From the NCBI RefSeq assembly GCF_004010195.1, contig NC_057719.1:25056750-25120749 (forward strand): 64,000 nucleotides of DNA. Reading direction: 5' to 3'. Below the pieces are notes generated by a model that had not been told where the DNA came from, did no database searches, and saw only the letters and a program-made list of their open reading frames with translations. Made by a program: the position numbers and the translations under genes. The stretch is from Chiloscyllium plagiosum (lineage: Eukaryota). Shown here piece by piece: positions 1 through 13,028 of this stretch (the stretch's first letter is position 1; each line of letters begins with the position of its first letter).

Positions 1-180
1 CTTGTACAATTGCAACATTTAAAAGGCATTTGGATGGGTATACGAATAGAAAAGATTTGGAGGGATATGGGATGGGTGCTGCCAGGTGGAACTAGATTGG
101 GTTGGGATATCTGGTCGGCATGGACGGGTTGGACCGAAGGGTCTGTTTCCATGCTGTACATCTCTGACTCTATGACTCTA
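1..180 (+). mobile_element. CR1/HER1-type LINE 3' end fragment
   Basis: Typical shark CR1 3' end (acatttaaaaggcatttggatggg ... ggaccgaagggtctgtttccatgctgta) with a ctctatgactcta tail; similar to the copies at 3060-3247 and 53480-53660. Confidence 0.85.
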
Positions 181-2253
181 AACAACAATGACCTATTTGC
201 AGTTAATTTTAAACAATACATAATCTGATTTATGTGAAGAATTCTGTTTAAAGCCTTTTGAAGTTTCCATTGAATACTGTTCCTGAATCTTTCTTTAGGG
301 CTTCTTATGATCGATCAAGACAAGACTAATTGTTTGGGAGCCATCTTTTCCCTCCCAATTTGAAAGTCGCAAGTTGTACAAATCATGGTGGATTTATTCT
401 TGATTATATTTTTGATATTGATCTTGATTGAAGTTGTATTTTTCTCAGTTTTTTTCTTTGAGGTGTTTTTAACCCGTACCATCACAATTCTGCCAATAGC
501 ACTTTGCAACTGTTTAAAACACCAAGAGAACAATCTGGGATGATTCCATCTCATTGCTGTATTCTTGCATTTCTCTCCCAATGGGGGAATGCTCCTGGTT
601 TCTGCTTGCTTCACCATATTGTATACTTCAGATTTGATGCGCAAATAAGAACAATGTTAAAGATGAACGATTGTTGTTCCTTTCCCCCTCGAATGAAAGA
701 TTGAAATGTATTCTTGGTATTTATAACAATGTGTTTTTGTGGAAATCATTACTTTTTTAAAAGTAACTTGGAATTGTACTTTGTATTTTACATTGTTTTA
801 ATTATTAACATGAAGGTCCCTTCCTTTTCATAGTTGCTGGAGGAAGTATTTAAGTGCATGTTGTTAGGCTTCCTAGTGAAGACAGAATTCTTGACAAGTA
901 TACTTGCTGCTACCAATAATACAATGTGAAGTATATGTTGTTATTTGATTATCATTTTAAAATTAATATGCGGAGCAGAGGCTGGTGGATTTACAGTACT
1001 GTATATCAGAAATGGCTTTTCAGTTCTGTCAGGTACTGCCTGGAAGCATGATTCATTTAAGCTAATAACTCTGCAGTACATTCAGAAATGAAGCTAGAAA
1101 ACGGGTCAGCCTTTGTCTGTGCAAGAAAAAAATAATGACTGAAAATTAGTTTGTTCAGTTAAAATGTTTGTTTGTTCTTTTTCATGATATGGAATCCATA
1201 ATTACCTTTCGTATCTTCCAGGAAATCGTCTTTTTCATGTAAAAGAAAATCTTGATTGTTTTTCTTGACTGAAAAGGACATTTGCACATTTCAGTAAAAT
1301 AACGAACCATCAGAAATGCTGGAAATCTGAAATAAAATAGAAAATTCAGGAAGTATACAGCTGGCCTATTACACTTGTCAAGATACAGAATTAATTGGTT
1401 TCCCAATTTATTTCCTGCTAATTGGTCTGGATTTTAAAAACTGATTGGCGTTTCCCATGAGATTTACATAGCTTTGGGTGGATGAGAAGGTGATAATATT
1501 GTGATGCCTACAACTGTGTGGGACTATCTAGGTGGACTGGTTTTATTTTTCAATTTTGTCTATTTTTAAGTGTCTAAGCCTTCACTTAACAAAGTGCATT
1601 TTTTAGCAAGTTTGGTTTTTAAATTTCAGATTTTTTGTACCAAAGGTTTTTGGTCAGTTTGCAAGCAATTACTGTAATTCAAGTTTTCATAATAAATTAT
1701 TCCTTTCCTATTCTTGTTAGAGTCTTTGCTGTCGTTGTTCGATCAATTCAGATTATGTTATGTGCCATTTTTAAACCATTTCCCTCCCCACCCACCCTCA
1801 CAATCACTAAAATGCCCAAGGCTGAGCTTTAAACTTTATGGTTTTGTGCAGGGAAGCTTCACTAATGTACAATTACTGGAAGCAATAACTGAACAGATGC
1901 GAACAAGAATTTACACTAAGGCAAATGTACTGGTGTCTGTAATGTGATCACGATTGACAAAGAAAATGTTATCCATGCCAAATGATGCATATTATTGTGG
2001 AGCTCTTGGGTTTTAGCTGTCAACATGTCTGTTTGGGATAAATCTCTTAAGTGACTAAAGTTGAGCTCTATGCATTGTGTCTTTCAATGTGTAATGCTAC
2101 AGTATTGGGCTTGATAGAATTTTCCAGCCATGGTTTGGCAACAGTGTAACTAAGATGTTGTATCTCATGACCTGGAAATGAAGATTTGGTGATAGAAAGT
2201 TTTGTGTGCTTTTTGAAAGAGAGGAACTGAGTAAAAGATGTTTATCTGTGGTA

Positions 2254-2389
2254 GGCAAAAGTGAGGACTGCAGATGCTGGAAATCAAAGTTTACATTAGA
2301 GTGGTGATAAAGGGCTTTTGCCCAAAATGTCGATTTTCCTGCTCCTTGGGTGCTGCCTGACCGGCTGTGCTTTTCCAGCACCACTCTAA
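2254..2389. mobile_element. Short Penelope-derived fold-back element, decayed hammerhead remnant
   Basis: aaaagtgaggactgcagatgctgg...attagagtggtg then gggcttttgccc-aaaatgtc ... caccactctaat; same family as 4055-4369 and 29574-30336. Confidence 0.75.
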
Positions 2390-2404
2390 TGTTTATCTTT
2401 GGTA

Positions 2405-3247
2405 TACCAAGAAGGCATTTGGAATGCTTCTCTTTATTGGTCAGTGAATTGAGTGTAGATAGATTTTTAGAATGCGAGGTGCTGCATTTTGGAAAAGCAA
2501 ATCAGAGCAGGACTTCTACACTTCATGGTAAGGTCCTGGGGAGTATTGCTGAACAAAGAGACCTTGGAGAGGAGGTTCATAGCTCCTTGAAAGTGGAGTC
2601 GCAGGTAGATAGGATAGTGAAGAAGGCATTTGGTATGCTTTCCTTTATTGGTCAGAAAATTGAGTATAGGAGTTGGGAGGTCATGTTGTGGGCTGTACAG
2701 GACATTGATTCAGCCACTTTTGGAATATCGTGTACAATTCTGGTCTTTTTCCTATTGGAAGGATCTTGTGAAACCTGAAAGGGTTCAGAAAAGATCTACA
2801 AGGATATTGCCAGAGTTGGAGGATTTGAGCTCTGGGGGGAGGCTGAATAGGCTGCTTTCCCTGGAGCGTTGGAGGCTGAGGGGTGACCTTAAAGAGGTTT
2901 GTAAATCATGAAGGGCATGGATAGGATAAGTAGACAGCTCTTTTTTCCTTGAGTGGGGGAGTCCAGAACTAGAGGGCATAGGTTTAGGGTGGGATGGGAA
3001 AGATACAAAAGGGACCTAAGGGGCAACTTTTTCACGCAGAGGGTTGTGCGCATATGGAATGAGTTGCCAGAGGAAGTGGTGGAGGCTGGTACAAATGCAG
3101 CATTAAAAGGCATCTGGGTGGGTATATGAATAGGACGGGTTTTGAGGGATATGGGCTCGGTGCTGACAAATTGGCAGGATATCTTGTCGACATGCACAAG
3201 TTGGACCCAAAGATCTGTTTCCGTGCTGTACATCACTATTACTCTAA
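2405..3247 (+). mobile_element. CR1 LINE, 5'-truncated (end of RT ORF2 plus 3' UTR)
   Basis: Frameshifted ORF2 motifs CEVLHFGKAN, QRDLG, LYRTLIQPLLEYRVQFWS, ERVQKR, LRGDL; CR1 3' tail. A ~50 bp piece at the 5' end (about 2409-2458) repeats internal sequence at about 2620-2668. Confidence 0.9.
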
Positions 3248-3812
3248 GGTGTTATTCAGGATAAATTACAACATGCAAAGTGGTTTATAAAGTATTTGCA
3301 GTACAAAATATAAGCATTTCACTTCATGCTGGTGTGTATATTCTACACAAGCCTCCTTTCATGCTGCTGTAACTAACTCCATCAGTGTATCTATAGACCA
3401 TCTCTCATCTTTGCTTTTTAAATTTTATTGCAAGGTCACATTCTGTTCTATTGTCCTGTCTCCGTCCCTTACTCCTTCACAACCAGTTGCTCCAGTTGCC
3501 TCCTTTGCATAGGCTACAGCTTTTTCCTGTTTTTTTTAAGCTTGTGCGTAAGTTGTTGGCATCACTGGTTAGGCGAGCAATTATTTCCCATACTTTAATT
3601 ATCCTTGAGAAGCTGGTGGTGAAATTAGTTTAGTTGCACACCCATAAAACATGTGGCTTTGAAGGATCTGATTCTGTTTACGGAACTGAACCTTCCTGAA
3701 CCTACATTCATCCTGCCCTTAAAGTTCTGTAATCATTTTGGAAACCATGAGTGGCCATGCAGGGATTTCCTGGAATTAAGGTTTCTGCCAATCCCTATGG
3801 ATTTCAACATTC

Positions 3813-3878
3813 TGCTGTGCTGTTCCAGCAATAAAGTTTCAACTTTGATCTCCAGCATCTGCAGACCTCACTTTCTCC
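3813..3878. mobile_element. 66-bp Penelope-derived terminal fragment flanked by a perfect 59-bp direct repeat
   Basis: The insert tgctgtgctgttccagca...ctccagcatctgcagacctcactttctcc matches the PLE-derived terminus; 3754-3812 is identical to 3879-3937. Confidence 0.85.
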
Positions 3879-4116
3879 GCCATGCAGGGATTTCCTGGAA
3901 TTAAGGTTTCTGCCAATCCCTATGGATTTCAACATTCATTTTATCTAATGTTCTTTTTGGCACATGGTTCAATAAGGGTTGGTCACTTTGCTCACTCAGG
4001 TGGCGATTCCTCATGTGTGAACCTAAATGGTTGGTAGACTAATCTTTTGGGGAGGCAGCATCCGAGGAGCAGGAAAATTGACATTTCAGGCAAAAGCCCT
4101 TCATCAGGAATAGAGG

Positions 4117-4233
4117 NNNNNNNNNNNNNNNNNNNNNNNNNNNNNNNNNNNNNNNNNNNNNNNNNNNNNNNNNNNNNNNNNNNNNNNNNNNNNNNNNNNN
4201 NNNNNNNNNNNNNNNNNNNNNNNNNNNNNNNNN
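4117..4233. other. Assembly gap (117 N)
   Basis: Run of N characters. Confidence 1.
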
Positions 4234-4242
4234 CCTCTATTC

Positions 4243-4270
4243 CTGATGAAGGGCTTTTGCCCGAAACATC
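4243..4270 (+). ncRNA. Minimal hammerhead-ribozyme motif (stem III altered)
   Basis: CTGATGA-A-GGGC-tttt-GCCC-GAAAC-ATC; a mirror copy lies on the minus strand at 4080-4107. Confidence 0.6.
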
Positions 4271-5636
4271 GATTTTCCTGCTCCTCGGATGCTGCCTGAC
4301 CTGCTGTGCTTTTCCAGCACCACTCTAATCCAGACTCTGGTTTCCAGCATCTGCAGTCCTCACTTTTGCCTAATCTTTTGGGGAGTTGGCAAGATAGAAG
4401 GTAGCATAACTGAGCCTGATCCAACCATCAGCTTGCACTCCTTTGCAATGAGCCTAGATGTTAAACCCCAGTCAATTTTGCAAAGGCCCTTAACAAAGGC
4501 TGTCACTAAAGCAAAGCTGGGATGTGAAAACTCCTTAGACTGGGGAATAAATTGCAATCTTAAACTTTATAAAAGCATTTTTTGGAGATTTGATTTAACC
4601 AAAAACTAAAATTGGGGTTTAGTGAATGAATGGATTGGACAGATATGTTTTTTTTGTTGAAGGGCAGAGTTGCCCAGTTATTTCTTTGATATCAGCCACT
4701 CTGTGAGAAAGTGTATCAGGTATGAGCAGATAGGGGAAGAGTTAAGTTTTGGGTTGCAAGACAAAGGCTCAGCTAGCATGACTTTGACCAGATAAGAACT
4801 TGCAGAAAACAATGAGCTGCTGGAGGTAAGGGTAGTGGGTTAATGAGGTTTAAAAAATCCATTTGTGTAATGCCAGTTAACAAGGTGAAAAGCATCCATT
4901 GTATAATGTCAGATGGCTTGATCGTTACTGCTGAGGCTCGCTGCTTGTAACGGTCACCCAGTCAATATAGATGTGGCCTTATTTGGATGTTGCTCCCTGT
5001 AAGTGACCACATAATTCCTTAAGAATCTGCTGTTCGAGAGAAGACAGAGAATCCATGTCTCTATGCACTTGGGCGATTGTTCTGTCTTCCTCCAGGGCCC
5101 AGAATAAAGGTGGAGATAAAGCCATACTGTGTCTGAGTGTTTGTTTTGACTGATACAGGAATAGGGAAACGGGTCAACGTCTGGGGTTGACTGAGAAATG
5201 ACTGGACTCAGGCAATATCATTTTTCCATTTAGGATTTAAATTGTTAGTCTAGAAATCATGATATTATACTTTATGCTTGTAGCTATTGGTGTCATGCAG
5301 CTTTTTGGTAATAAAAGCAATGCTAGAAATATCAACAAGACAAATTATCTCAATTGTTAATCTTTCACCAGGTTGATTTAGAGGTTACGCATTAAATCCT
5401 ATAATGCCTCCTCAAGATGAATCTTTTCTATACTTGTACCATTATTCTTCCTCCCACTCTTACCCTTGGCTTACGGTCTCATCCTTTTTGGAATTTAATA
5501 TCTCTTGCCTTCCACCCTATGCTGCTTCATTCTTCAAGTAGTACCAGCACCTGTGATAGTTTGCTTCTGTTGTACTATATTGGAGCCTGGATTGTAACTT
5601 ATAAAATGCGTTTTGATATATTTCTTCTTTCAACAG

Positions 5637-5725
5637 ATGAAGATGAAGGTGACAGTGAAGACGAATCGGCTGATAAAGGAGATGGAGATGCACCTCCTTC
5701 CAAAAGGACCAGGAAACAATGTTGA
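5637..5725 (+). CDS. GON7: GON7 (C14orf142, KEOPS/EKC complex subunit), last coding exon
   Basis: Polypyrimidine acceptor tttcttctttcaacAG at 5636, phase 1. Encodes (D)EDEGDSEDESADKGDGDAPPSKRTRKQC*, an acidic stretch plus PxxKR end like the human GON7 C-terminus. Position and orientation match GON7-LYSET-ITPK1 synteny. Exon 1 lies upstream of the window. Confidence 0.8.
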
Positions 5726-6225
5726 CTTTACCCTCTGAAGCCGTCTGACTGCTCCAGTTTGTTTGAGGTGCTGCAATGACTTCCTTTAAAAAGTCACCAG
5801 TTTAAATTGAGGCTCCTCTTCATGGCTACGCCACTTTTTCTACGACTTAAAGATATTTTTAAAATAGACAAGTTTGTTTCTTATGTAAACCATAAAAAGT
5901 GACATTTCTATAATCTTGTTTTTTTCTTCAGAGAAAATGAAATCTGGGTGATGAGGACAGATCTCAATTGTGGAGTTCTTGTCTAAAGTAGATATGTGAA
6001 TGAGAATATCTGAATATTTTAAAGATTTTTCAATAATTTTAAGACAATGTAGGAATTCTATGATTCTGTAAGTAATTAAGTCTGCAATTTACCCATGTTC
6101 CCACAGGGAAGCACTGTGGGCTAAGGTGAGGCCTAGATGATTGCTGTTAATTTTTGTCTGTCGAAAAGGCAGTGAGAGTTTGTAATTAGATTTCTTCATT
6201 AAATGACCTAAAATCATGGCACAAT
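5726..6225 (+). other. GON7: Probable GON7 3' UTR
   Basis: Non-repetitive AT-rich sequence after the stop; ATTAAA at 6198-6203 followed by T/G-rich sequence. The end point is inferred. Confidence 0.45.
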
Positions 6226-6272
6226 ACTTTGTTTGTCTTGCTGCTCAACTTCACCTTAACAGAGGTATGGTT

Positions 6273-9200
6273 TGGGAGATCCAAGATGGTGGCAATCTGA
6301 GAGGTCTGCTGTGCTGGGCTCTGCACCATATCCCAAGTTCAGTGGAGCTTTTACCCCCCCTCTAATTAGCCATCCATGAGAAAGATCGAGAGAATGGAGT
6401 GTAATAAGATCCCTAGAACCCTTTAAGTACTAATCTTAACATTTTAAGAAGAAGGTGACGTCGACTAAAGGGAAGGGAACGGGAGGATGGCAGCAAGCAA
6501 GGCCTATAGTGCCAGGCACACCTGAGGCCACGGCCCCGACTCCCGTAGTGGCGCCCTGGAACCTATTTGGAACAAAAGAATTTGTTGTTTGGAAAACTCT
6601 GACTTGTAAAAATCAAGTCAGCGCTGGAACCAATCTCTGCCACGCCGCAGAAGCATCAGCAGGAGATCCAAGTACGGGACTAACGCGCCAAGATGGTCGA
6701 CCAAAGGACCTTGGCAGCGGAGACTGCAGCTGAGAGTTCGGAGGGGAGGATTCAAAAGCTGGAAGGCCAGGTTCAAGCCCTGTTGGACCAGGTCTGCGAC
6801 CTTGAGAATAGAGGTTGAAGGAAAGACTCACGGTTAGTCTGGCACCCGGAATGTGAAGAAGGTGAGGGCCTGGTCAGCTTCCTGGTGCAGTGGGCTCCCG
6901 CAGTTCCTGGGGCTGGGAATTGAGTCGGGCAGCGTGCGTGTAGAGTGGGCCCACCAGATCGCAATGCGCAGGTCTGGGTTGGATCAATGCCCCTCCCTGG
7001 TCCCAGTGCGACTCCAGTATTACAAGAAGAAGCAGATGACAATGGAAACCTCCAGAAGGCCAAGAAAGGACTCACAGGCCCTGGTGTACAAGGAGTCAAA
7101 AATTGTCTTCGCAATACTTTTCTATGAGGCTGTAATTAAGAAGAGAAAATCTTTTGATGAAGTCAGGAAGAGGTTGAGAGACTTGAATATCCAATACTCT
7201 GAGGTACCTGGCAGTACTACGCTTCAGCCATGGAGGGTATGTTTACAACTTTGACTCAGCAGACAAAGCAAGGGATTTCCTAGACTCTTCGAAATAGGAG
7301 GTCTGGGTCAGAAAAAATTATGGTCAATGGTGTATCCTTTGCTAAATCAGTTGTTGGTTTTGTATGCTGGGCATTGCTTGCATATAAGATTCCCTCTTTC
7401 CTTTTTCTTTTTTTTTGTATAGTCATGGCTAGTGGTTCATTTTGATGGTGCACCTGGAACATTAAAAGGGGGTCAGTCTCCGATCAAAAGGAAGAAGGTG
7501 CTCTCAAACCTCAAAGGAGGGGGTTGACATCGCCCTGCTACAAGAGAGACACCTCAGTGATCAGGAACATTTGAAATTACAGCAGGGAGGGTCTGGTGGG
7601 GTATTCTTTTCCTCTTTTAATTCTAAAAGCAGAGCAGTGGCCATACTAATACAGAAGAACCTCCTATTTCAGATAATAGACCAAATTAAGGACAACATGG
7701 GTAGTTCATCATCCTTAAGGCCTTGGTACACTGGGAAGAATATGGCATCCTGAATGTCTATTGTCCTCTAACGCACCCTCTTAAATACTTAATTGACACA
7801 TTCTCTAAATTGATGGCTCTTGGGGTACACAATATGATTATAGGAGGAGACTTTAACTGTTCTTGTGGACCCTGAGGTGGACAGGATGCCAAGGGGTCTC
7901 TCTGGTATCTCCCTGCAGTCCAGACAGTTGGTGGATTTATGTGGGACATTGGCGTTGGTGAATGTGTGGTGGTGTCTCCACCCTAATGGTAGACATTTTA
8001 TCTTTTACTCCAGCCGCCCAAGTGCCACACAAGAATTGATACGTTCTTTGTTCCATCGATCTGTCTGGATTCTGTGTTATCCTGCAGGATTGGGAGCATT
8101 GCCATTTCGGACCATGCGGCAATGTACTTAAATATTAAGATCAGAGGTAGTGGAATAGATATTGGCGCTTAAGTTCATTTCTTTTGAAGGATAGAAAATT
8201 TGTAGAGTACTTCACTGCCTGTAACGAATCAATGCTTTGGGAATTTTACTTAAGGGGTTTAATTATTTCATATTCAGCAACCAGGAAGAGCCAGAGTGGA
8301 GAACAGCAATGTATGGTTGAGGCCCGGCTGAAGGCAACTGAGTTGGCATATTATGACAGACCATCCGTGACTAAGTTGCAGCAGGTCACAGCTCTCTGGG
8401 CTGCTCTGAATTCAGTACTTAGCCAGGCGGCGAAGAGACAGGTTTCCTTATTTGAATACAGTAATAAGCCAGGTAGATACCTGACATATTTGGCCAGGAA
8501 GAAATGTGCCCACAGTCCATTGTGTCCATTAGAGAGAGAACTGGTACTATCACTTGAGTCTAAAAACGTTAATACTACATTTAGAAAATTTTACCCAGAG
8601 GATTGGAGGGTTGTGAGGATGGAGTAGCAAGGATAGAATCCTTTTTTTTAAGAATCTGGACCTCCCAAGTATATATGCAGAACATTCTCTCTTTTGAATG
8701 CATCCTTAACAATACAAGCGGCAGTAAGGCAGCTCTAAAGTGGCAAAGCAGCTGGCCCAGACGGGTTCCCAAGTGAGTTCTATAAGGAATTCATAAACAC
8801 CTTGGCCGAACCAATTGTTTACTCAGCCAGGACTGCCTTCCACCCTCTTTGGGAGGCCAATATTCCCCTTATTCTAAACAGAGGGGAATACTGAAGACTG
8901 TGTGCCTCGTATAGGCCTATCTCGCTACTGAATATAGATTTTAAAGTCTTGTCTAAAACGCTAGCTTTGAGATTGGAGAAGGTATTGCCCACAATCATAA
9001 AGGAAGACCAAACAGGCTTTATTAAGGGTGCTAACTCTTTCAATGATATCAGGAATGTGTTGAATGTTGTACACTTATATCAGCAGAGGTCAATTCCGGA
9101 CTTGGTGGTCTCCTTGAACGCGGAAAAGTCATCTGATTGGGTGGAGTGGCCATATCTTTTGGCATCCTGGAATGTTTGGGCCTTGGGTGGGCTTTTGCTA

Positions 9201-10397
9201 GGTTGGTGGCAGTATTTTATAACGACCCTATGGCAGCGGTCCTCACAAGCAGCGTAAAATTAGATAACTTTGGCATTGAGAGAGGCAGCGACAAGGGTTT
9301 TCTCTCTCGCCGCTGCTATTCATCTTAGTAATCGAACCGCTGGCGGAGGCTACTGGCAAGGACTCTGAAATAGTTGCCCCAAAAGTAGGAATGGGAGAGC
9401 ACAAAATTACTCTTCACGCTGATGTTCTCCTCTTTCTGGCTAACCCAGAAAAGTCTATACCCCAGTTAATACAAGAGTATTCAGCATGTTTTACAAAATC
9501 GTAAATCAGGTCTGTGGGGGGCTTGCCGGGAGTACCTGATCTGGAGGATCTTTTATTTGGTGTTGTAGAGCTCCAGAGCGATTAACAAAATTCTAGAAAA
9601 GAGCATCTCCACGGTTCCCGCAATGTAAAACAAGCACTGGCACCCTGACACATTGTCTAAATTTGTGTCATAAGATCTACAGGTACTGGGGTGCCTTAGT
9701 GAACGAGGTGGAGGAGATTCTGGGAATTAAAGTTAGGGCGGATCTGGTATTCCTTCTTTTGGGACTGCCTAAGCTGCCCTCATTAGATGAGTGTGGGAAG
9801 AGATTATTCAATTATTCAATATTCTTAAGCATCGTGCAAGGAAGAACATTTTAATGAGCTGGACCTCAGAACCCCCCCCCCTCGCAGTTCTTATGGGGTG
9901 GCGTAGACAAGTGTTGGAGCACGTTCCCCTGGATTTTCTTAGAATGTGGTGCACCAGAAAACAGAACTATTCTGTAGTTGCCTTTCTAAATTACATAGGC
10001 ATGGACTTGTTAGCCACATTGACTGGGCCTTTATATATCCATTTGGCAGTCTGGGGGCCTTTGCAGGGGAAGCTTGAATAAATAGAGGTATAATGACTAA
10101 CGCTCCCTTGGATGGGAGCTTTGGTGGGGATGCGCCGAGTGGCGTAATTTAATTTAATGAGTCGAGTTAATTTAAGTTAATCCTATCAAGTTAGATTGGG
10201 TCAAAGTTAGGTCAGTTCAGTATAAGGTAAGCTAATTTAAACTAATTTGCCAAGTTCAACTACTTATCGAGTTGTAATCTGGAAAGATTGTTCCATAGCT
10301 TTGTGATGGTCTTGGTTTGTTTTGTAGGAGGTAGTTTATTGTTAATAAGACCTTTGTATTTTTTATTGAAAAAGGTTTTTATTTTTCACAAAATTAT
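6273..10397 (+). mobile_element. L1-clade LINE, near full-length, degenerate with an internal deletion
   Basis: 5' gggagatccaagatgg head; ORF1 remnant (VIKKRKSFDEVRKRLRDLNIQYS). ORF2 from about 7426 with APE motifs (TWNIKG, DIALLQE, GGDFN), RT motifs (YRPISLLNIDFKVLSKTLALRLEKVLPTIIKEDQTGFIKG) and a C-terminal region. Imperfect TSD aggtatggtt/agttatggtt. Many frameshifts and stops. Confidence 0.9.
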
Positions 10398-10475
10398 AAA
10401 GTTATGGTTCTGAAAAGATTGAGTAATTGCATAATATGACTATAATATGATCCCAGCTGGAATTATTACTAGACT

Positions 10476-11320
10476 TGTCAGATGCCAAACTGAAATTAGA
10501 CTTGATAATTCATACTGTTTGTGTTTTTAACAAGGTGAGCTCTCACTGCAATGCATAAACATGCAATGTTGTGGATTTGGTTTTAACAATAAAACAAGTT
10601 TATTGCATGTAAAATTGAACTGGAATAAACCAAACTGTGTCCATATAAGATATCTAAAGGTTTTTAAACACACAATATAAAATACAATCTCATTAATCCC
10701 AACAGCATCCAGTACAGTACTCAAACACCAGTGAGAATGCTGTCCCACATTAGATTTGACTTTGCTATGACTTCAGTTCCCATTCATGAAAATCTGATGG
10801 CCTCTTCCTTGTTCATTTTATAACCAAACTTAAACTTTCTCACTGTGATGTGACCTCTTCTAGGGTTTTAACCAAACACTTCTGGTCTAGAATTTACCAA
10901 CTAAATTCCTCACAATGAGTTAACTTCTTTAACAATTCAAAGCAATCTTCTCCCTTGTGTGTAAGCAATTGCTTTACACATCCGGTTTTGCCAATTACTA
11001 TGTGCAGAACTGCCCTAAACAAACCAAAATAACAATTACAAAGTTATGGGTGTTTTCCTTAAGCTTAAAAAAAATCCAGAATTGTCAATCTGAATGTTAC
11101 TTTGGGAGAGTTTGAGTGAATAATGTAAAAAAATTTGCATTAATCTCCCTCCTGTCACGTAGTTTTAAAATAAATCACCATGTCTATACAATTAGTTACA
11201 AGTTAATCATGAAACTCCTTTAGGCACACAGACAGCAAGCCACAAGTTCAAATTCATGTTCAATTCAAGTAAATTACATTTAAAATATGTATGAATCATA
11301 TACCTTACTGAACCATAACA
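10476..11320 (-). mobile_element. Possible solo LTR or old repeat fragment
   Basis: Minus-strand aataaacttgttttattgttaaaaccaaatcc resembles an LTR R/U5 segment; TG...CA boundaries are tentative and there is no clear TSD. Confidence 0.3.
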
Positions 11321-13028
11321 CTAGCTCACAATAATATTGCCATTCGTTGATGCTCTGTTCATAGAGTCATAGAGATGTACATCATGGAAACAGACCCTTC
11401 GGTCCAATCCGTCCATGCCAACCAGCTATCTCAACCCAATCTGGTCCCACCTGCCAGCACTCTGCGCATATCCCTCCAAATCCTTCTGATTCATATACCC
11501 ATCCAAATGCCTCTGATAGGAAGGAGACCAGAGTTGCACGCAATATTCCAACAGTGGCCTAACCAATGTCCTGTACAGTCCCAACATGACATCCCAACTC
11601 CTGTACTCAATTCTCTGACCAATAAAGGAGAGCTTACCAAATGCCTTCTTCTCTAGCTTATCTACTTGCGACTCCATTTTCAAGGAACTATGACCCCGCG
11701 CTCCAAGGTCTCTTTGTTCAGCAACACTCTCCAGAACCTTACCATTGAGTGTATAAGTCCTACTAAGATTTGCTTTCTCAGAATGCAGCATCTCGCATTT
11801 ATCTGAATTAAACTCCATCTATCACTTCTTGGCCCATCTGGTCAAGATCCTGTTGTAATCTGAGGTAAACTTCTTCGCTGTCCACTACACCTCCAATTTT
11901 GGTGTCATCTGCAAACTTACTAACTGTACCTCTTATGCTCGCATCCAAATCATTTATGTAAATGACAAAAAGTAGAGGGCCCTGCACCGATCCTTGTGGC
12001 ATTCCACTGGTCACAGGCCTCCAGTCTGAAAAACAATCCTCCACCACCACCCTCTGTCTTCTATCTTTGAGCCAGTTCTGTATCCAAATGGCTAATTCTC
12101 CCTTTATTCTGTGAGATCTAACCTTGCTAACCAGTCTCCCATGGGGAACTTTTGATGAATGCTTTACTGAAGTCCATATAAATCACATCTACCATTCTGC
12201 CGTCTTCAATCCTCTTTGTTACTTCAAAAAACTCAATCAAGTTTGTGAGACATGATTTCCCACGCACAAAGCCATGTTGACTATCCGGAATCAGTCCTTG
12301 CCTTTCCAAATATATGTACATCCTGTCCCTCAGTATTCCCTCCAACAACTAGCCCACCACCGACGTCAGGCTCACTGGTCTATAGTCCCTGGCTTGTCCT
12401 TACCTCCTTTCATAAACAGTGGCACCATGTTAGCAAACCTCCAGTCTTGCACCTCACCTGTGACTATCGATGATACAAATATCGCAGCAAGGGGTCCAGC
12501 GATCACTTTTCTAGCTTCCCACAGAATTCTAGGTACACCTGATCAGGTCCTGGGGATTTATCCACCTTTATGCGTTTCAAGACATCCAGCACTTCCTCCT
12601 CTTTAATCTGGACATTTTGCAAGATGTCACCATCTATTTTGCTACTTTCTATATCTTCCATATCCTTTTCCACAGTAAATACTGATGCAAAATATTCATT
12701 TAGTATCTCCCCTATTTTCTGTGGCTCCACACAAATGGTGCCTTGCTGATCTTTGAGGGATCCTATTCTCTCCCTCATTATCCTTTTGTTCTTAGTGTGT
12801 TTGTAAAAACCCTTTAGATTCTCCTTAAATACTATTTGCCAAAGCTACTTTATGTCCCCTTTTTGCCCTCCTGATTTCCCTCTTACGTATACTCCTACTG
12901 CCTTTATACTCTAAGGATTCACTCGATCTATCCTGTCTGTACCTGACATATGATTCCTTTTTCTTAAGCAAATCCCAAATTTCTTTAGGCTATCCAACAT
13001 TCCCTATACCTACCAATCTTTCTTTTCA

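Larger units (their letters stand above)
4055..4369. mobile_element. Fold-back Penelope-derived element with a 16-bp TSD, spanning an assembly gap
   Basis: Arms 4055-4116 and 4234-4295 are reverse complements; TSD ctaatcttttggggag at 4039-4054 and 4370-4385. Confidence 0.85.

Noticed and set aside
4440..5220. Solo LTR with a sense AATAAA (about 5103) in the GON7 intron
   Set aside because: It looks LTR-like, but I could not define termini or a TSD.
5417..5636. N-terminal part of the 102-aa ORF
   Set aside because: Intronic read-through upstream of the acceptor at 5636; only 5637-5725 resembles GON7.
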